Assembly: GCF_009914755.1 (NCBI RefSeq)
Contig: NC_060926.1
DNA from: the human T2T-CHM13v2.0 reference genome, Homo sapiens
Length of the DNA: 64,000 nt
Reading direction: 5' to 3' (one strand)
Part shown: positions 26,101 through 39,734 of the stretch, piece after piece
Numbering within the stretch: the first letter of the stretch is position 1
Layout of the letters: each line of letters starts with the position of its first letter
Notes under the pieces: model-generated
Told to the model about the DNA's origin: nothing
Databases searched by the model: none
What the model saw: the letters and a program-made list of their open reading frames with translations, nothing else
Program-made: the position numbers and the translations under genes

Positions 26101-26959
26101 ATGATAACATTTTGAGGTTTTGAGGAAGGAATCTAGATTTGCCCAGGTGTATCTTGATGGGCTTTGTGTCTGGATGTGTTCAGACAAACTTCAATGACAT
26201 TTCCATCAATTTCTTACTTCCTGGAAGGATCAACCATCTTTCAAAATTCAATTAGAAACTTCAGTCAAATTCCTTGCCTTTGTTGCCAAAATTGTCACGA
26301 ATACCCATCAGAGAGTGCTGACAACCACGCTGTTCTAAAGTGAAAATGTCTACAGCCTTGGTTTTGGTTGGCTTTACTAAATAGATTTTTCTCCTTTAGG
26401 AAGGATCATTATCACATCACTACTCCTGTTTCCCTCCTTTACAGCCCAAAGCATGCCTTTGTGTTATGTCCCCAGCATTCCACAGGGTGGGTGGGTACAC
26501 ATCTTGACGCACAAGCATGCCACCATGTTTTGGGTACATCTGTGTCCATGTTTTCAAGACCCTCCTCAGGCAATAGGGGACCTACGCCTCACATAACTCA
26601 CATAAAGAAAAATGCAAATGTAGGAACCCACCTCCCCCATTAAAGAGCAGCATCCTCTTCCAAGGAAGGCTGCTTGCCAAAGAAATAGTTCATATTTTCT
26701 TGAGTTTAATTCAGGTTGTCATTCAATGATCTTTTTAAATTAAATTTTATATGATAATAGTAGCTACTCTAATTGAGGAACCTACTGAGTGTTTGATTCC
26801 TCTGTTTTGTATCTTAGGTAAATGATCTCCAAATTTCAATAATTCTTTGATGTTATTTGTTATTATTTATTTTAGTAATTTTTAAGTTTTGAAATAAATT
26901 AATAGTAAAATAAATTGTTTTAATTTTTTAATTGTATTATTTATTTATTATTTGGGGGC

Positions 26960-27075
26960 ATTCTCCATTTGTGAATAAACATAGCCTCAGAGAAGTAAAG
27001 GAATTGGTCCAAGGTCATGCAACCAGTAATGGTGCAGAGTAGGATTGCAAACCCAGGATTTCTGAGTCCCTGCCC
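26960..27075 (-). mobile_element. MIR SINE
   Basis: ctcagagaagtaaagg...ccaaggtcatgcaaccagtaatgg. Confidence 0.7.
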
Positions 27076-27829
27076 AGTGTTAGATTTTATATTGAACAAC
27101 TTGGGGTACCATCTTCTATGCTCCCAGCCCACCTTGTACCCCAGTCACAGCAGTGGCAGCCAGTCTTGCACAGGGAGAGCCTGCAGTGCCTCCTGCAGCC
27201 ATATGGCATAGAGAGGTCCGCTGACACAGTGACAGGGGCCTGGCATTCACACATGGGAAGTCACAAGTGTTGGGAGTTCATTCTGTCACCACAAGAAGCT
27301 GATCGATAAAGGCTTTCTCCTCCCATTCTCTGGGACAATTCTGGAGTCTGTCTGACAACTCCTTAGAAAGTGCCAGTGGGATCAAGCTCATTACTCATAT
27401 TGACAGCTGGCTCAAAAATGCACCCTTGAATTGTTTCTGTCTTGCAGTCTTATCTCTTATTTCCTAGAACAACTTCTGAAAGAGAAAAAAGTCTTTGTCT
27501 CAGTTTCTGCTCTCCAGAGGTAACCCAAAGGTAAAGTAAGTATACCACGTCACACTCTAAAAGTGGCAGCAGAATATATCAAATGGGGAATGGTTCATTT
27601 TGCTTTGAGAAAATTCTTTAATGGGGCTCTTTGGGTTTTCAAAGGCAAGACTTAGACTCTAAACTAGAAGAAAAACCATCAGCTATGGGAAGTATGCAGC
27701 AATGTAAAATATAAGTGTTTTGTACAGGCAGAGATTTTAAGAGATGTTATTCTGATATTAACTAAGTAAAATGGTCTCCAAACTTCAACAGTCCTCTGAT
27801 ATTACTTATTTTATGGCCATTCTAAGGCC

Positions 27830-28110
27830 AGGCCTTGGGAAGGAGCTAAGTGTATAGATAGCAAAGAAAGAAGTAAGGAAAGGAGCCTCTGGCATGGGTG
27901 AGGGCATGGGCCCCAGAAAATCACAGGAGACCTAGGTCTAAGGGGGAAATTGGCCAGAGGGCTCACCTGGGATAGAGCAGGACCAATAGACTTCATGACC
28001 AGCGCTTGCTCTAGAGCTATGTGTGTTGCACAGCTTTTGTGATCTCTGCAAGCTTCAGTAAAGCTGCTTAACCATGGAAACCTAACGTGACGCCTGTGAC
28101 AACCTGGGGA
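27830..28110 (+). mobile_element. Possible ancient LTR remnant (family unresolved)
   Basis: GC-richer segment with an agtaaa poly(A)-like signal and a gtgaca end; subjective resemblance only. Confidence 0.3.
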
Positions 28111-29520
28111 ATAGAAGAAGAGTCTGTGTCTGTGCTTGGGGAAGAAGGAGGAGCCATAGCCTATAGAAGTGCTGCCTGGAAGGCCAGTGGCAACAATAGA
28201 GCAGTTTGGGGGTAGTACAGCCTGGGAAGAGACTGGACAGACAATGAATGGAACATCTAAGCACCTACCAGGAATCCACAAAACAATCCAGTGGCAGGGT
28301 TTCCTATAGTTACATAGGAAATAGATTTGAGCAGTTCTATTTAAACACTCAAGATAGAAATAGGAGAACTTGAGAACATTTTGCTAACACAAATATGGAG
28401 TTAAAGAAATGGGCAGGGAGTATGTTATTTGTACATTTCATATACAGCCCTGAATATTCCTAAAATATTTGTTAGGTGTCCACTATATGTCAGATACTAT
28501 TCTAGGCACTGGGGGGAAAAGCAGTGAATAAAACAGAAAAAAATAAAAAAAAATTCTAGGGAAGGGAGACAGAAAAAAACATACTAAAAACATAGAGCCC
28601 GTTGGACATAAAACAGGGGAGGGAGCTAGGAGTGCTGAGGAAACAGAGCAATTGGAAATGTTGACACTATTTCTATCTTCCTTGAGAAAGAGCAAGTTTT
28701 GCGGACTTAACCTGTTTTATGCATCCAGAGTGTTATTAGTTATTGAAATAAATTTGGGATAATTACTCAAATCATTTTCTCTTTTCTATGGCAGAGGTAA
28801 GGAACCCAGTGAGAAAGACAGAGAGAAGTATGGACAAGAAACAGATCCTAAACCTGTTTTGTTTTATTTTTGGTAGTAGTTGTTTATTTTTGAAAACATT
28901 CAAACCACCTGTATTGGTGGCTGTTATTATGAAATAAATAAACTGAGAAACAACAAGACAATTTGGCCTCTACAATTTGTTTAGTTTTGACTAAGTATTT
29001 GCCTTGGAAGAAGTATGTGTACAATACTCATTTTTAAAAGATGCAACAGTCACCTCGTTACTTGGAGTTTTACTTGAGACTTGAATGGACTGAAACCACC
29101 TGGTCACCACTAGAAGCTACATCAAGGAAAAGAAAGGTAGGTCCATTCTGTCCTTGACATTTCATTTTAGCTTAGTCACTTTGTATTGAGGCTTTGCCAC
29201 CTCCCCAGGAGGCTGGAGATTTTCTATTGCCTAACACTGGAAAATAGGTTTATGAGATATATTAGAAAATGTTTATGATGCCTTATAAGCTTGCCCGTTT
29301 GAGTTATTTGCTCTGTTCTGTTGTACCATCCCCATCCAGTGTCCTTGGCTATTTCTCAGGAGCTGTAGCCCATCTCACCTTCCACCTTTAGCTGGTATAG
29401 ATTTCATTCATTGAAAAAGATGTTAGTGCCCCGTAATGAAGTAATAGATTAAGGCAGCCTTCATGCATTGCTGCCAAAATCATTAGGTGAAAGGTTGATG
29501 GGAGATTTTATGATGGGTGG

Positions 29521-29871
29521 TGATATGGTTTCACTTCATCCCTGCCCAAATCTCATCTTGAATTGTAGTTCCCATATCCCTGCATGGGAGGGATTAGGTG
29601 GAGATAATTGAATCATGGGAGCAGTTTCCCCCATCCTGCTCTCATGATAGTGAGTCAGTTCTCATGAAATCTGATGGTTTTATAAGGGGCTTCCCCCTTC
29701 TCTGGGCACTCATTCTCCTGCCACCCTATGAAGAAGTGCTTTCTGCCATGATTATAAGTTTCCTGAGGCCTTCCCAGCCATGTGGAACTGTGAGTCAACT
29801 AAACCTCTTTTCTTTATAAATTACCCAGTCTTGGGAATTCCTTCATAGCAATGTGAGAATGGACTAATACA
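29521..29871 (+). mobile_element. THE1C/D solo LTR
   Basis: tgatatggttt...ggactaataca termini, THE1 body, imperfect 5-bp TSD ggtgg/ggtga. Confidence 0.92.
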
Positions 29872-29879
29872 GGTGACTA

Positions 29880-30230
29880 ATACTGGGAAGCTACACACTG
29901 ATTAACCCAATATTACGTGCTTTGGATATTATGCAATAGGAAGGACACAGCACCTCTAATGGAGTCTTATTGACTATAAATTTGAATCATAATCTAATCA
30001 AGTCTCTAGATCTAACTAGTGTGCAAGAAATACAGGAAATAGAGAAACAAGTTAAACCATTCTATGAGGTAGTGATTAACTAAATGCATTCCTCAGAATA
30101 AAAATAACAGAGTAGTCAAGTTAAATGTGGAGGAGGAAGGCACTTATAGAATAAAAGAAAATTCAGAGAAATAATAATCAAATGCAATCATGTCATATGA
30201 TTCATAGAGTTAAGCAAAACTGGACATTTT
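29880..30230 (+). mobile_element. L1ME (L1ME4-like) 3' fragment
   Basis: aatctaatcaagtctctagatctaact...aaatacaggaaatagagaaacaagttaa. Confidence 0.6.
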
Positions 30231-31339
30231 AGTCATCGAAGTGGCCACAAATCTGTATGTCCAGGCAACATTTCTTATCATAGTTTCTCTCCAGAAGACA
30301 TGTCATATCTAGTTCTATTTAGAATTCTGCTTCCTCTCCTTTTATGATCTCTTAGCTAAAATCCTGACTGTCATTGGGTGATGACTGAATCTTTGTTATT
30401 AAAACACCTCTTGTGACTAATAAAATAAGCATGGGCAATAGCATACTTCAATGCTTCAATCTTGGAGAAAATGCTGTAGAACTGGCTTGCTAACACAGTT
30501 TCCAAGGAAATTAAAAAATGCCTCATAGTATTTTCAAAACTTGGCAACCAAATAAGGGCTTTGAAGATTTTAACACACCACGTCCACACCCACACTATGA
30601 CTCATTTCAGCCCCCATGTCCAGAGACCCAGCTTTTGGTTGGCATCTGAAACTTGACTTATCACCAAACCGCATGCCCAAGAGTGTACATGTTAGAGATT
30701 AGTATTAAATAATTAGCAATCGGACCTTGAGTAGTGCCATTTTGTCTTTCTGCATATGGATTTGATCACTCTCTACCCAAACCCAAGAAACTTGATATTT
30801 CATACAAATTATACTCGGAGCATAGCTGCATTCAGCCCACAATTTCTAAGTTGCCTGAGACAGAAATGTATCAGCAAAGAGTCTAATGCATAGCTTAAAA
30901 TGATTGATTCAAGACTAAATCAGCAACGCTAATTTCTTGCAATGCTAGTTACATATGGTTGCATTAATATTCTCTTCTCAGAAATCCAGCTGAGAATCAT
31001 TATTTAATGAAAGGCTTACAAATTGCATCCTATTTAACAGCTTTCATTGCAGATTCTTTTGTAGAAATGCAGAAAACATGTAAGTGACCATGTAAATTCT
31101 ATGTTGCATTTGCAATGTGCTGGGTAATTTTCTTGATGTATACATAAAATATAAATGTATATGTGTGTATAATGCATTTATATGTATGTATTTTATATGT
31201 ATACCTATATATGATACCTATACATTACCTATTACATTACATATAATATTTTATATAGAATATATTATATATATGTCAAGAGATTATTCTGATTGGTGAT
31301 TTCTAAATTAACAAATTTAAAGGATAGATTAAAAGACAG

Positions 31340-31568
31340 GGATTAGAATTTGAGTTTTCATTATCAAACTACCCTAGGTTTGAACACTAGCTACATAATT
31401 CATTAAATGTATGTCCTTAACCAATTTTATTCTCTAATGTTTAGTTTCCTCATCTTTAAAATAACAATAATAATATCTACTTCCCAGAGTGTTGCTATAA
31501 AGATGAAATGAAAACAAATCAAGTAAAGTATCTCACACAGGACAAGAGCTCAATAAACATTAGCTCTG
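31340..31568 (+). mobile_element. MIR SINE
   Basis: agtttcctcatctttaaaataacaataataatatctac...gctcaataaacattagct. Confidence 0.8.
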
Positions 31569-31808
31569 TTTCTAATGTAAAAACAACAAAAAGAAGATTT
31601 ATAGCTTGTTACAGAATAAATTGCAGTGTTTATGAATTTGTAGTTATTGAAGAGTTCAGCCTAAGTAGGGAGATGAACCAAAGACCTGTGGGTAGTCTGG
31701 AGACAGATTGGAAAGGAAAAAAGTTTATAAAGGCATTCATGTTTAAGCAGTAAATATGTTAGAGTTTTTCTTTAAGGCCAAGATAAACTACCTGATTTCA
31801 ATTTTATG

Positions 31809-31833
31809 TATATATATATATATATATATATAT
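31809..31833. repeat. (TA)n microsatellite
   Basis: About 12 TA units. Confidence 0.9.
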
Positions 31834-31966
31834 GGTCATATATGGTTTTTATATAAAGTAATATATATTATTTTTGCTACTTTGATAACTAATGTTAACT
31901 AAATAGTAAGTTTTCAGGTAGAACATTACAATAACTTCATATTTCTTACACTTGAAAAATTAACAG

Positions 31967-32175
31967 GACACATGGTGGGGAACAACACACACTGGGACCC
32001 GTCAGAGGGTGGAGAGTGGGAAGAGGGAGAGCATAAGAAAGAACAGCTAACGGGTGCTGGGCTTAATACTTAGGTGATGGGTTGATCTGTGCAGCAAACC
32101 ACCATAGCACACATTTATCTATGTAACAAACCTGCACATCCTGCATATATACCCCTGAACTTAAAAGTTGGAAAA
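31967..32175 (+). mobile_element. 5'-truncated L1PA (L1PA8-11-like) 3' end
   Basis: gggaacaacacacactggg...gtgcagcaaaccacc...gtaacaaacctgcacatcctgca...gaacttaaaag. Confidence 0.9.
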
Positions 32176-33753
32176 TATGTATATTTGATTAAATATATAT
32201 ATCAAATATATATTTGATTTCATTATTTCAGGGAGGTATATACAAACATATATATAATGAACTTGGCTTTTCTCTCACCAAAAATCAGACAAAAAATTTT
32301 GCACAAGCAGAATCATGAACTTAAGTATTTGGGGGTAAACATTTTTCAAAGTAGCCACTGAAATGGATAGTGGAAGACCAATAAACCCTCTGGAAAGAGT
32401 GTGAGGAGACAAAGGCCCCACATACTCCATCAAGAAAGTAATCATCAATTTCTCTGTAAGGTTTCTAAAGGGAACACGAGAGAAATTTCATATAGTAGAA
32501 TCCTTATTAGTAAAAAAATTGTGGCTATCTTGACATTTGGCCACTTCATTAATTATTGTGATTCAATTAAAGCAGTTTTTTAAAGACAGGAGGAGAGTTG
32601 ACTGATTTTTTCAATGAATTAATTTTTGTTCAGCTTAAATATTCTTATTATTTTTGTAATCATTTAACAACATCAATAACAGTCACAGTTTTATTTGTTT
32701 TATAGAATGCTTCCCCATAGGTTATATTCTTAACTACCACAATGGCATTTGAGCTCATATTGTAGACTTAATTTTTTAAAAAATGAGGCTGAGAGATCAC
32801 ACGACTCCTGCAGATTTTCACAGTGCATAAATAGCAACTCCAGAGATGTCCCCACACAAGCATCTCCTTTCTGCAGAATTGTCCGGGTGTTTTGGGCATG
32901 CATTCTTCATAAGTTCGGTATTTTAAAATCAGAAGTGAGTCAATGACAGACTTTCTTTCTTTAAAAAGGAAAAAAAATAGTGATTTTTAATATTTTAAAT
33001 TAGGAGTAATTAAAATGTCCTACAGAAAGGCCTGTGCTGATTCTAACTTTCACTCAGTGAAATTGAAATAATCTAACTCCAGAGGAAGCTTCAAGCAATT
33101 GAAAGAAGCCATGAGCCTTCCATTTAAACCAGTTCAATGTCCATCTCTGCTGTCAGAAACTTGAAGAACATTCACATTTTCCATTTGCTTTATCAATAGC
33201 TACCTCAATGTTTCTAAACTATCCATCACAATAGTGCTTAGGTAATTAGACAGAGGCGCTCTGGCACTGTATTATTTAAACATCATTTCCACGCAGCACA
33301 GTCAGCCCTACCATGTGCCATTATTTTGATGGGCTTCTCATCACTTAAATGATGAAGGAGAAAAATTACAATTTCCTCTAAATTCATTTGTAGATACTTG
33401 CACAAATAATGTTTGGCTATGATCGTCATAGTGAACACTGGCTGTATGTCAACTAAATCCTTGGAGAGAATTTTAGCTCAATTGATGGTCCTAGTTAATT
33501 TCCCATAGGCAATTGTGAGAACTCTCTTCTTTCAAAGTTTGTTTTTTTTTCTTCTTTTTTTAGTGTTGGAAATCCCTTTCAAATTCACTTATTTTATTGG
33601 TTCTTCTTTTATTTCATTATCTATGGTCTACATTAAGATAAAAAAAATCCTAGGTGGTCTTAAACCATTGTAATTAGGTTTGGAGACTGGCTCTTTGTAT
33701 AGTCACCAGATGAGGAAAAATGTGTGAAAAATTGGGAGATGTTTAATCTAGGG

Positions 33754-33905
33754 CAGAGGTTGGAAAATTACAAATCAGTACCACCAAGTTGCTTATAAAT
33801 AATGCTATAGTGGGTCATAGCCCTGTTCATTCATTTACATATCACCTACATTCACTTTCACCCTTTGATGGCAGCGTCAAGTAGCTGTGACAGAGGCTAT
33901 GTAGC

Positions 33906-33938
<33 letters not shown>

Positions 33939-33995
33939 TGAAAAACTTAAAAGATTTTCTAACTGGCCCTTTAAGAAAAGCTTTACAGACCCTTG
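33754..33995 (+). mobile_element. MER58A (hAT-Charlie) with internal A29 tract
   Basis: cagaggttggaaaa...tggccctttaagaaaagctttacagacccttg; hAT-like 8-bp flanks atctaggg/agctagag. Confidence 0.8.
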
Positions 33996-34499
33996 AGCTA
34001 GAGGGAACTTTGGTTCCTGGCAGTAGTTTAAAAAAAATATTTAACAAGTTTGTTTTAGCTGGTCTTCTTTTAGCTAGGAATCCAACATTTCGTTTCATCC
34101 CAGGACTTGTAATTGATGATGACAGTGATGTCCATGAGGCACTGAAAAGCCTTGAAGCACCTTCTGAATCAGCAAAGATTAAATCTCACTCACTATGGGT
34201 CTCTGTTGTCCAGATTCATAGACTTAAAATTGAAAGGGAACTTCAGCATCATCTTTCACACAAAAAAAGTGGAAATCTTTTCCACTATATGCCTTACATG
34301 TGGGCTTTCAGTCTGTAATTATAGACCCCGTGGAAGCAGGTGAGCAACTTCTCATAATAGCTATACTAGTTCATGGCAGCTGTGGCTCTTTTACTATTGA
34401 TTGGATTGTTTTTTCCCCACACTGAGTTAATATCTCTTTCCTTGCCACTCATTTGCCCTATTATAATATTTTGACTGTTAGTATATCAGAATATCGGTA

Positions 34500-34780
<281 letters not shown>

Positions 34781-34874
34781 TGTGCTTTTTATTAACAAGA
34801 ATATTAATTAAGCAGAGCATTCCATCCTTCCACTCTGCTTTATCATAGTAGATAATGTTGTTCTTGAATAACAA

Positions 34875-35070
34875 ATGCAGGTTTTGGAATCAGAGAGACT
34901 TGTGTTCAACTTACAGTTTCCCCACTAAAAAATGGTTTGACCATAGAAAAATTGCTTTAACTTCTCTGAACATTGATTTCTTCATTTGCTAAACAGAGAA
35001 AAAAGCCTGAGAATCTGAAAGAAGGTACATAGGGTCCAACATGGTGCCTGACATTAAGAAGCTATTATTA
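34875..35070 (+). mobile_element. MIR SINE
   Basis: ttttggaatcagagagacttgtgttc...aacttctctgaac...tttcttcatttg. Confidence 0.65.
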
Positions 35071-36227
35071 GTAGTAGAAAGTAGCAGGCGTTTTAAATGT
35101 GCCATGTGCAAATGTGCAAGTGCCAGAGCATTCCAAGACCCACACATAAGGCAGAGGCAGCATTTGGAGCATTTTAGGAACTAAAGATTATCCTAAATTT
35201 AAGATTTTATTTGAAAAGACTAACATTACGTCATATATGTCATAAACATTCCAGGGCAAGAATTTATCTTGTTCTCTGAATGCCACGGTGCAAAACTAGG
35301 AGCTTCTGCTTACTTTTAGCTCATGAAGATCCCCAAGGAGTAAGCAGTGTAAATATTAGACATTCTAAATGTACACAAAAGGATATTTCAAGAAACACAC
35401 TCACCTTTTCAATTCAGATAAAAATAAATTATGCAAATAAAGAAAATGGTTAACCCATCACGGGCCAGATTATGAGAGTATCTGTTTCTCTTATCTGGAA
35501 TTACTGTGTTTTATGAAATCCAGCTATGTCTGTGGTGTCCGATTTTAATATGGCAATTCTCTCCTATTCTTGATTCTTCTGTTTTAGGCAACATATTGAA
35601 TCTCTTGGGAGAAACTCATCCTGTATCTGCTCGATTGAAAACATGAAGGTGCACATTCCAAGCTGCATATGCTCAGGTCCGAGTTTCCAAGGAAACAAGG
35701 GACTGCTCATCTATCTGCAAAACTGAACTGACGAGTCACTTTCAGCTTGTTACAAACCTTGATTCTGAATCAAATTCTAGTGTGCAGTCTAAAAATTCTC
35801 ACTGCCTTGTCATTTCTGCCGAGCAAACCCCTGATGCTATGAGGCTGGCAGTTGGGCAGGGATTTTCCTGGGTTGTGCACTCTAATTTTTTCCTCTGCAC
35901 TGTTAGTGAAATACTGTCATTGAGAACCAGCTCCACACTGCACCTATGTGAGAAAGGCCTTGGTTTCTATCAGTAAAGTCAGACAGGGCTATGTGCATTT
36001 GGGATGCCCTGGTCAACCATACAGGAGGAAGCACAGTGGTCTTCCCAGCTCTCACAGTGGCCACCAGCTCTCAGGCTCACAAACTAGGCAAAGCAAAGAG
36101 CAACAGAACAACCTACTTCCCAACTTTCATTAGTCACTCAAATCCAAGTGGGTGATCGTATTTCTGAAGGTCTTGAATACAGGACTTCCTGACCATTCTT
36201 TAGCATTTACTGATGAAAGTATTTAAG

Positions 36228-36265
36228 ATGTGTTATGTTGTTTGGCATGTGTTATGTTGTTTGGC
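36228..36265. repeat. 19-bp tandem duplication
   Basis: atgtgttatgttgtttggc twice. Confidence 0.9.
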
Positions 36266-36269
36266 AATC

Positions 36270-36410
36270 ACAATAAGTGTTGAGATAGATACTATGATTA
36301 TCTTCATTCTCTAGGAACAGGCACAGAGAGGTTAAGTAATTTCCCAAAGGTCACACAGTTTGTAAGTGATAAAACTGATTTGAAGCCAAACTATGTCACC
36401 CCAAACTCAT
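36270..36410 (-). mobile_element. MIR SINE
   Basis: ggcacagagaggttaagtaatttcccaaaggtcacacag. Confidence 0.8.
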
Positions 36411-36492
36411 ATTTTTAACACTTTATTCCATCTTCTAAAAGGCTGGCTATTCTATTTTTCTCTAAGTTTCAAATTAGTATGCCCATTCCCTT

Positions 36493-36830
36493 GTTCATTC
36501 ATTCATTCATCCAACAAACATGTGTCAGGCATCTATGCCAGGCTCTGTGGATATAGTATAATAACAAACAAGACAGATAAGATTTCTCAGGGAGCTTACG
36601 TTTTGTAGAGGAGACTAAATAAATAAGCAAGCACAAACAATGTAGAGTTTGTAATATTACCTATCCCAGCAAAGGAAACCAACACTAGTGTGAGAAAATT
36701 AAATTATAAAAGACCCTAACATTTTCAAGATACTGAAGGGGATGAGATGAAGCAGAGGTAGAGTGGGGCTGGATTATGCTGAAACACATAGAACAGACTG
36801 GATTCTATTTTAAGTGAGGTGATAAATTCT
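36493..36830 (-). mobile_element. L2 LINE 3' end
   Basis: ttcattcattcattcatccaacaaaca...atctatgccagg...ggagcttacgtt. Confidence 0.75.
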
Positions 36831-38424
36831 TAAGGGTTTGTCATTTTTGAGGTAGAACTGTCTTTTGTTCCTATTGTAAAGAAACTACATAGGTAGGCAT
36901 AAAATACACCTGTATGCCAGAGATAGAAAAATTCATATAATTCCCAACTCCAATTCTATTTCTCTAGGATAATTTTAATTGTGTATATGAAACATATCTC
37001 AATGTTCTTGAAAGACTGAAATCCACTCTTTTTATTATTTATTGACTTATTGATTTGTGGTTAAGGAAAAAGTAGACTGAAGTAAAAATAAAGAGTGCAG
37101 GAGTATAATTGCACAAGAAGTGGGAGGGAGACTTGTTGAACAGGCAACAGCCTAAAGTGAGTATCCATGAGTGGGCTCAGTATGACCCTGCAGCTCCCCC
37201 ATCACACTTGCACCCACCTCAAGGAATCCAGTTCACCTCTATGGAAAATCCCTGGGCTCCACGGGACAGAGTCTTGTTTTGTTTTACATCTGTGTGTCCA
37301 TGCCTAGCCAGTATCTTGTTTAGTGCAGCCTTTCCATAATATTTGTGGAGAGAAAGAAAAATGAAAGGAAGAAGAGAGGGAGGGGAAAAAGAAAGTGAGA
37401 GGAAAGAAGAAAGGTAAAAAGGAAGTAGCACTCTTGGTTTTGCTTCTCCTTGGCTGTTTCGTTATTCTCAGTACTCCCCAACCCATCTTCCTGGGATAAG
37501 AAAAAAAAAAGACATCTAAAATGACACTTCCAAAAGATTAATATTTTCATTTCAACACTTCTGAAAGTATTTCAATGAAATTGCTTTCAAATGGTTTATT
37601 TTATATTAGATCATTGAGAGATAGATTAATGTCATAAACGTAGGTACTAGCAAGCAATATTTTTGTCTCCTATGTGCACATATTGTATATTTCATATCCT
37701 CTGATAACTTGAAGTCACTAATTTAAGTCAAATTAGGGAAAGGGCAGTATAGTAATTGCAATATTTTCGGCTCCTTCTTGGTAACAAATGCAGCTTCTTT
37801 TTTCCCCTCCACCCATATATGAGTCTTCTTTTTCTTTGGCTAAGATATAATAGCACTGCTCTACATGAACAAAACTATTTTTACTGGCTATGTTATTACT
37901 GAGAAATGCATTGGGAAAATGTAAAAATATTTCACCTTTATGTTGAAGAAAATAAACACAGTGGATTAGATAAAATTTGCACAGCTCTTGACATGTGCCA
38001 TATGTAACATTTGGGAAACATCAAAAAAGAGGCTCTGACTTCTTCGGAGAATCATAGACTCTGGCACTGGAGGGGGACTGATCCACCACCCCACCTCACT
38101 CCAGCAATTTGGGCAAACAAGACCTAAAGAAATTGAAGGATAATCTAAAGTTTACATTATTAATGGAAGAAACAAGACCAGAACCCTTGTTATTTCAGAC
38201 CCAGCCCAGTGGAAAGCCCATTACAAAACTGCCTCCCTGCTGCTTCACTGCAGATTATGGGAGTCAGCACAGGCAGGAAGACATCAGAGCTCTGGAATAA
38301 GGACTACTAGACTTCAAGTTCTGGCCTACACACTTACTGCCTTTATGAGCCTGGGCAACATACTTTAACTTATGTAAGCCTAAGAGGTTTTTTCCATAAA
38401 ATGAGATTTAATAGTACCAACCTC

Positions 38425-38758
<334 letters not shown>

Positions 38759-38915
38759 TCAACCTCAAACATTTGTTCAAATATCAAATACTTAATTTAA
38801 AATACTGGAACATAGTAATTGCTAAATAAATGTCATCCATTACTAATATTATTAGATCATTATTAATTATTATTATTCAAACAAATGACACATGATAGTC
38901 TTAGTTTTGCAAGGC

Positions 38916-39229
38916 TTTTTGTTTGTTTGTTTGTTTTTGTTTTTGGAGACATGGTCTTGTTCTGTTAACCAAGCTGGAGTGCAGTGGTGAGATCATGGCT
39001 CACTGCAGCCTTGACTGCCCAGGCTTAAGCAATCCTCTCACCTCGGCCCTCCAAGTATTGAGGACTACAGGCATGCACCACCATGCCCAGCTAATTTGTA
39101 AATTTTTTTATAGAGATGGGGGTCTCACTGTGCTACCCAGGCTGGTCTCGAACTCCTGGGCTCAAGTAATCTTCCCACTTCAGACTCCCAAAATGCTGGG
39201 ACAACAGGTGTGACCCACCATGACTGGCC
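38916..39229 (-). mobile_element. AluJ
   Basis: Dimeric Alu with (GTTT)n tail. Confidence 0.9.
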
Positions 39230-39437
39230 ACTAGTAACTTTCAAATAAACTTTTTGGTAAAATGGAAATTCTAAGTTCTAATATATGGACATAAAACTTT
39301 GCTCAGCAATCTTCTAATTATCTGATTCTAATAATCTAAATATTAAGTTTGCTTCTTGACAATTTTTCAAATTCCAATAAATTTAAAAATATGTTAGTAA
39401 GTGAAGAACTGTAGAAAATAAACAAGAAGTGACCGTT

Positions 39438-39727
39438 GGCCAGGCATGGTGGCTCACGCCTGTAATCTCAGCACTTTGGGAGGCCGAGGTGGGCAGATAG
39501 CTTGAGCCCAGGAGTTTGACACCAGCCTGAGCAACACAGTGAGACCTCCATCTCTACAAAAAATGCAAAAATTAGTCAGGAGTGCTGGTGAGCACCTGTA
39601 TTCCCAGCTATTCAGGAGGCTGAGGTGGGAGGATCACTTGAGCCTAGGAGGTGGAGGTTGCAGTGAGCTGTGATAGCCTGGGCGACACAGTGAGACTCTG
39701 GCTCAAAAAAAAAAAAAAAAAAAAAAA
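39438..39727 (+). mobile_element. AluJ
   Basis: Dimeric Alu with long A tail; TSD aagtgaccgtt/aagcgaccctt. Confidence 0.9.
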
Positions 39728-39734
39728 GCGACCC

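Noticed and set aside
26010-26335. Complex unique stretch suspected of being a transposase or pseudogene remnant
   Set aside because: The frames I translated by hand are interrupted and show no identifiable motif.
27811-28281. Longest ORF in the track (156 aa, minus strand)
   Set aside because: Non-ATG start, no recognisable domain, and it overlaps probable LTR-derived sequence.
30064-30085. tgaggtagt, a let-7-like 5' end
   Set aside because: Only 9 nt match, there is no hairpin, and it lies in L1ME sequence.
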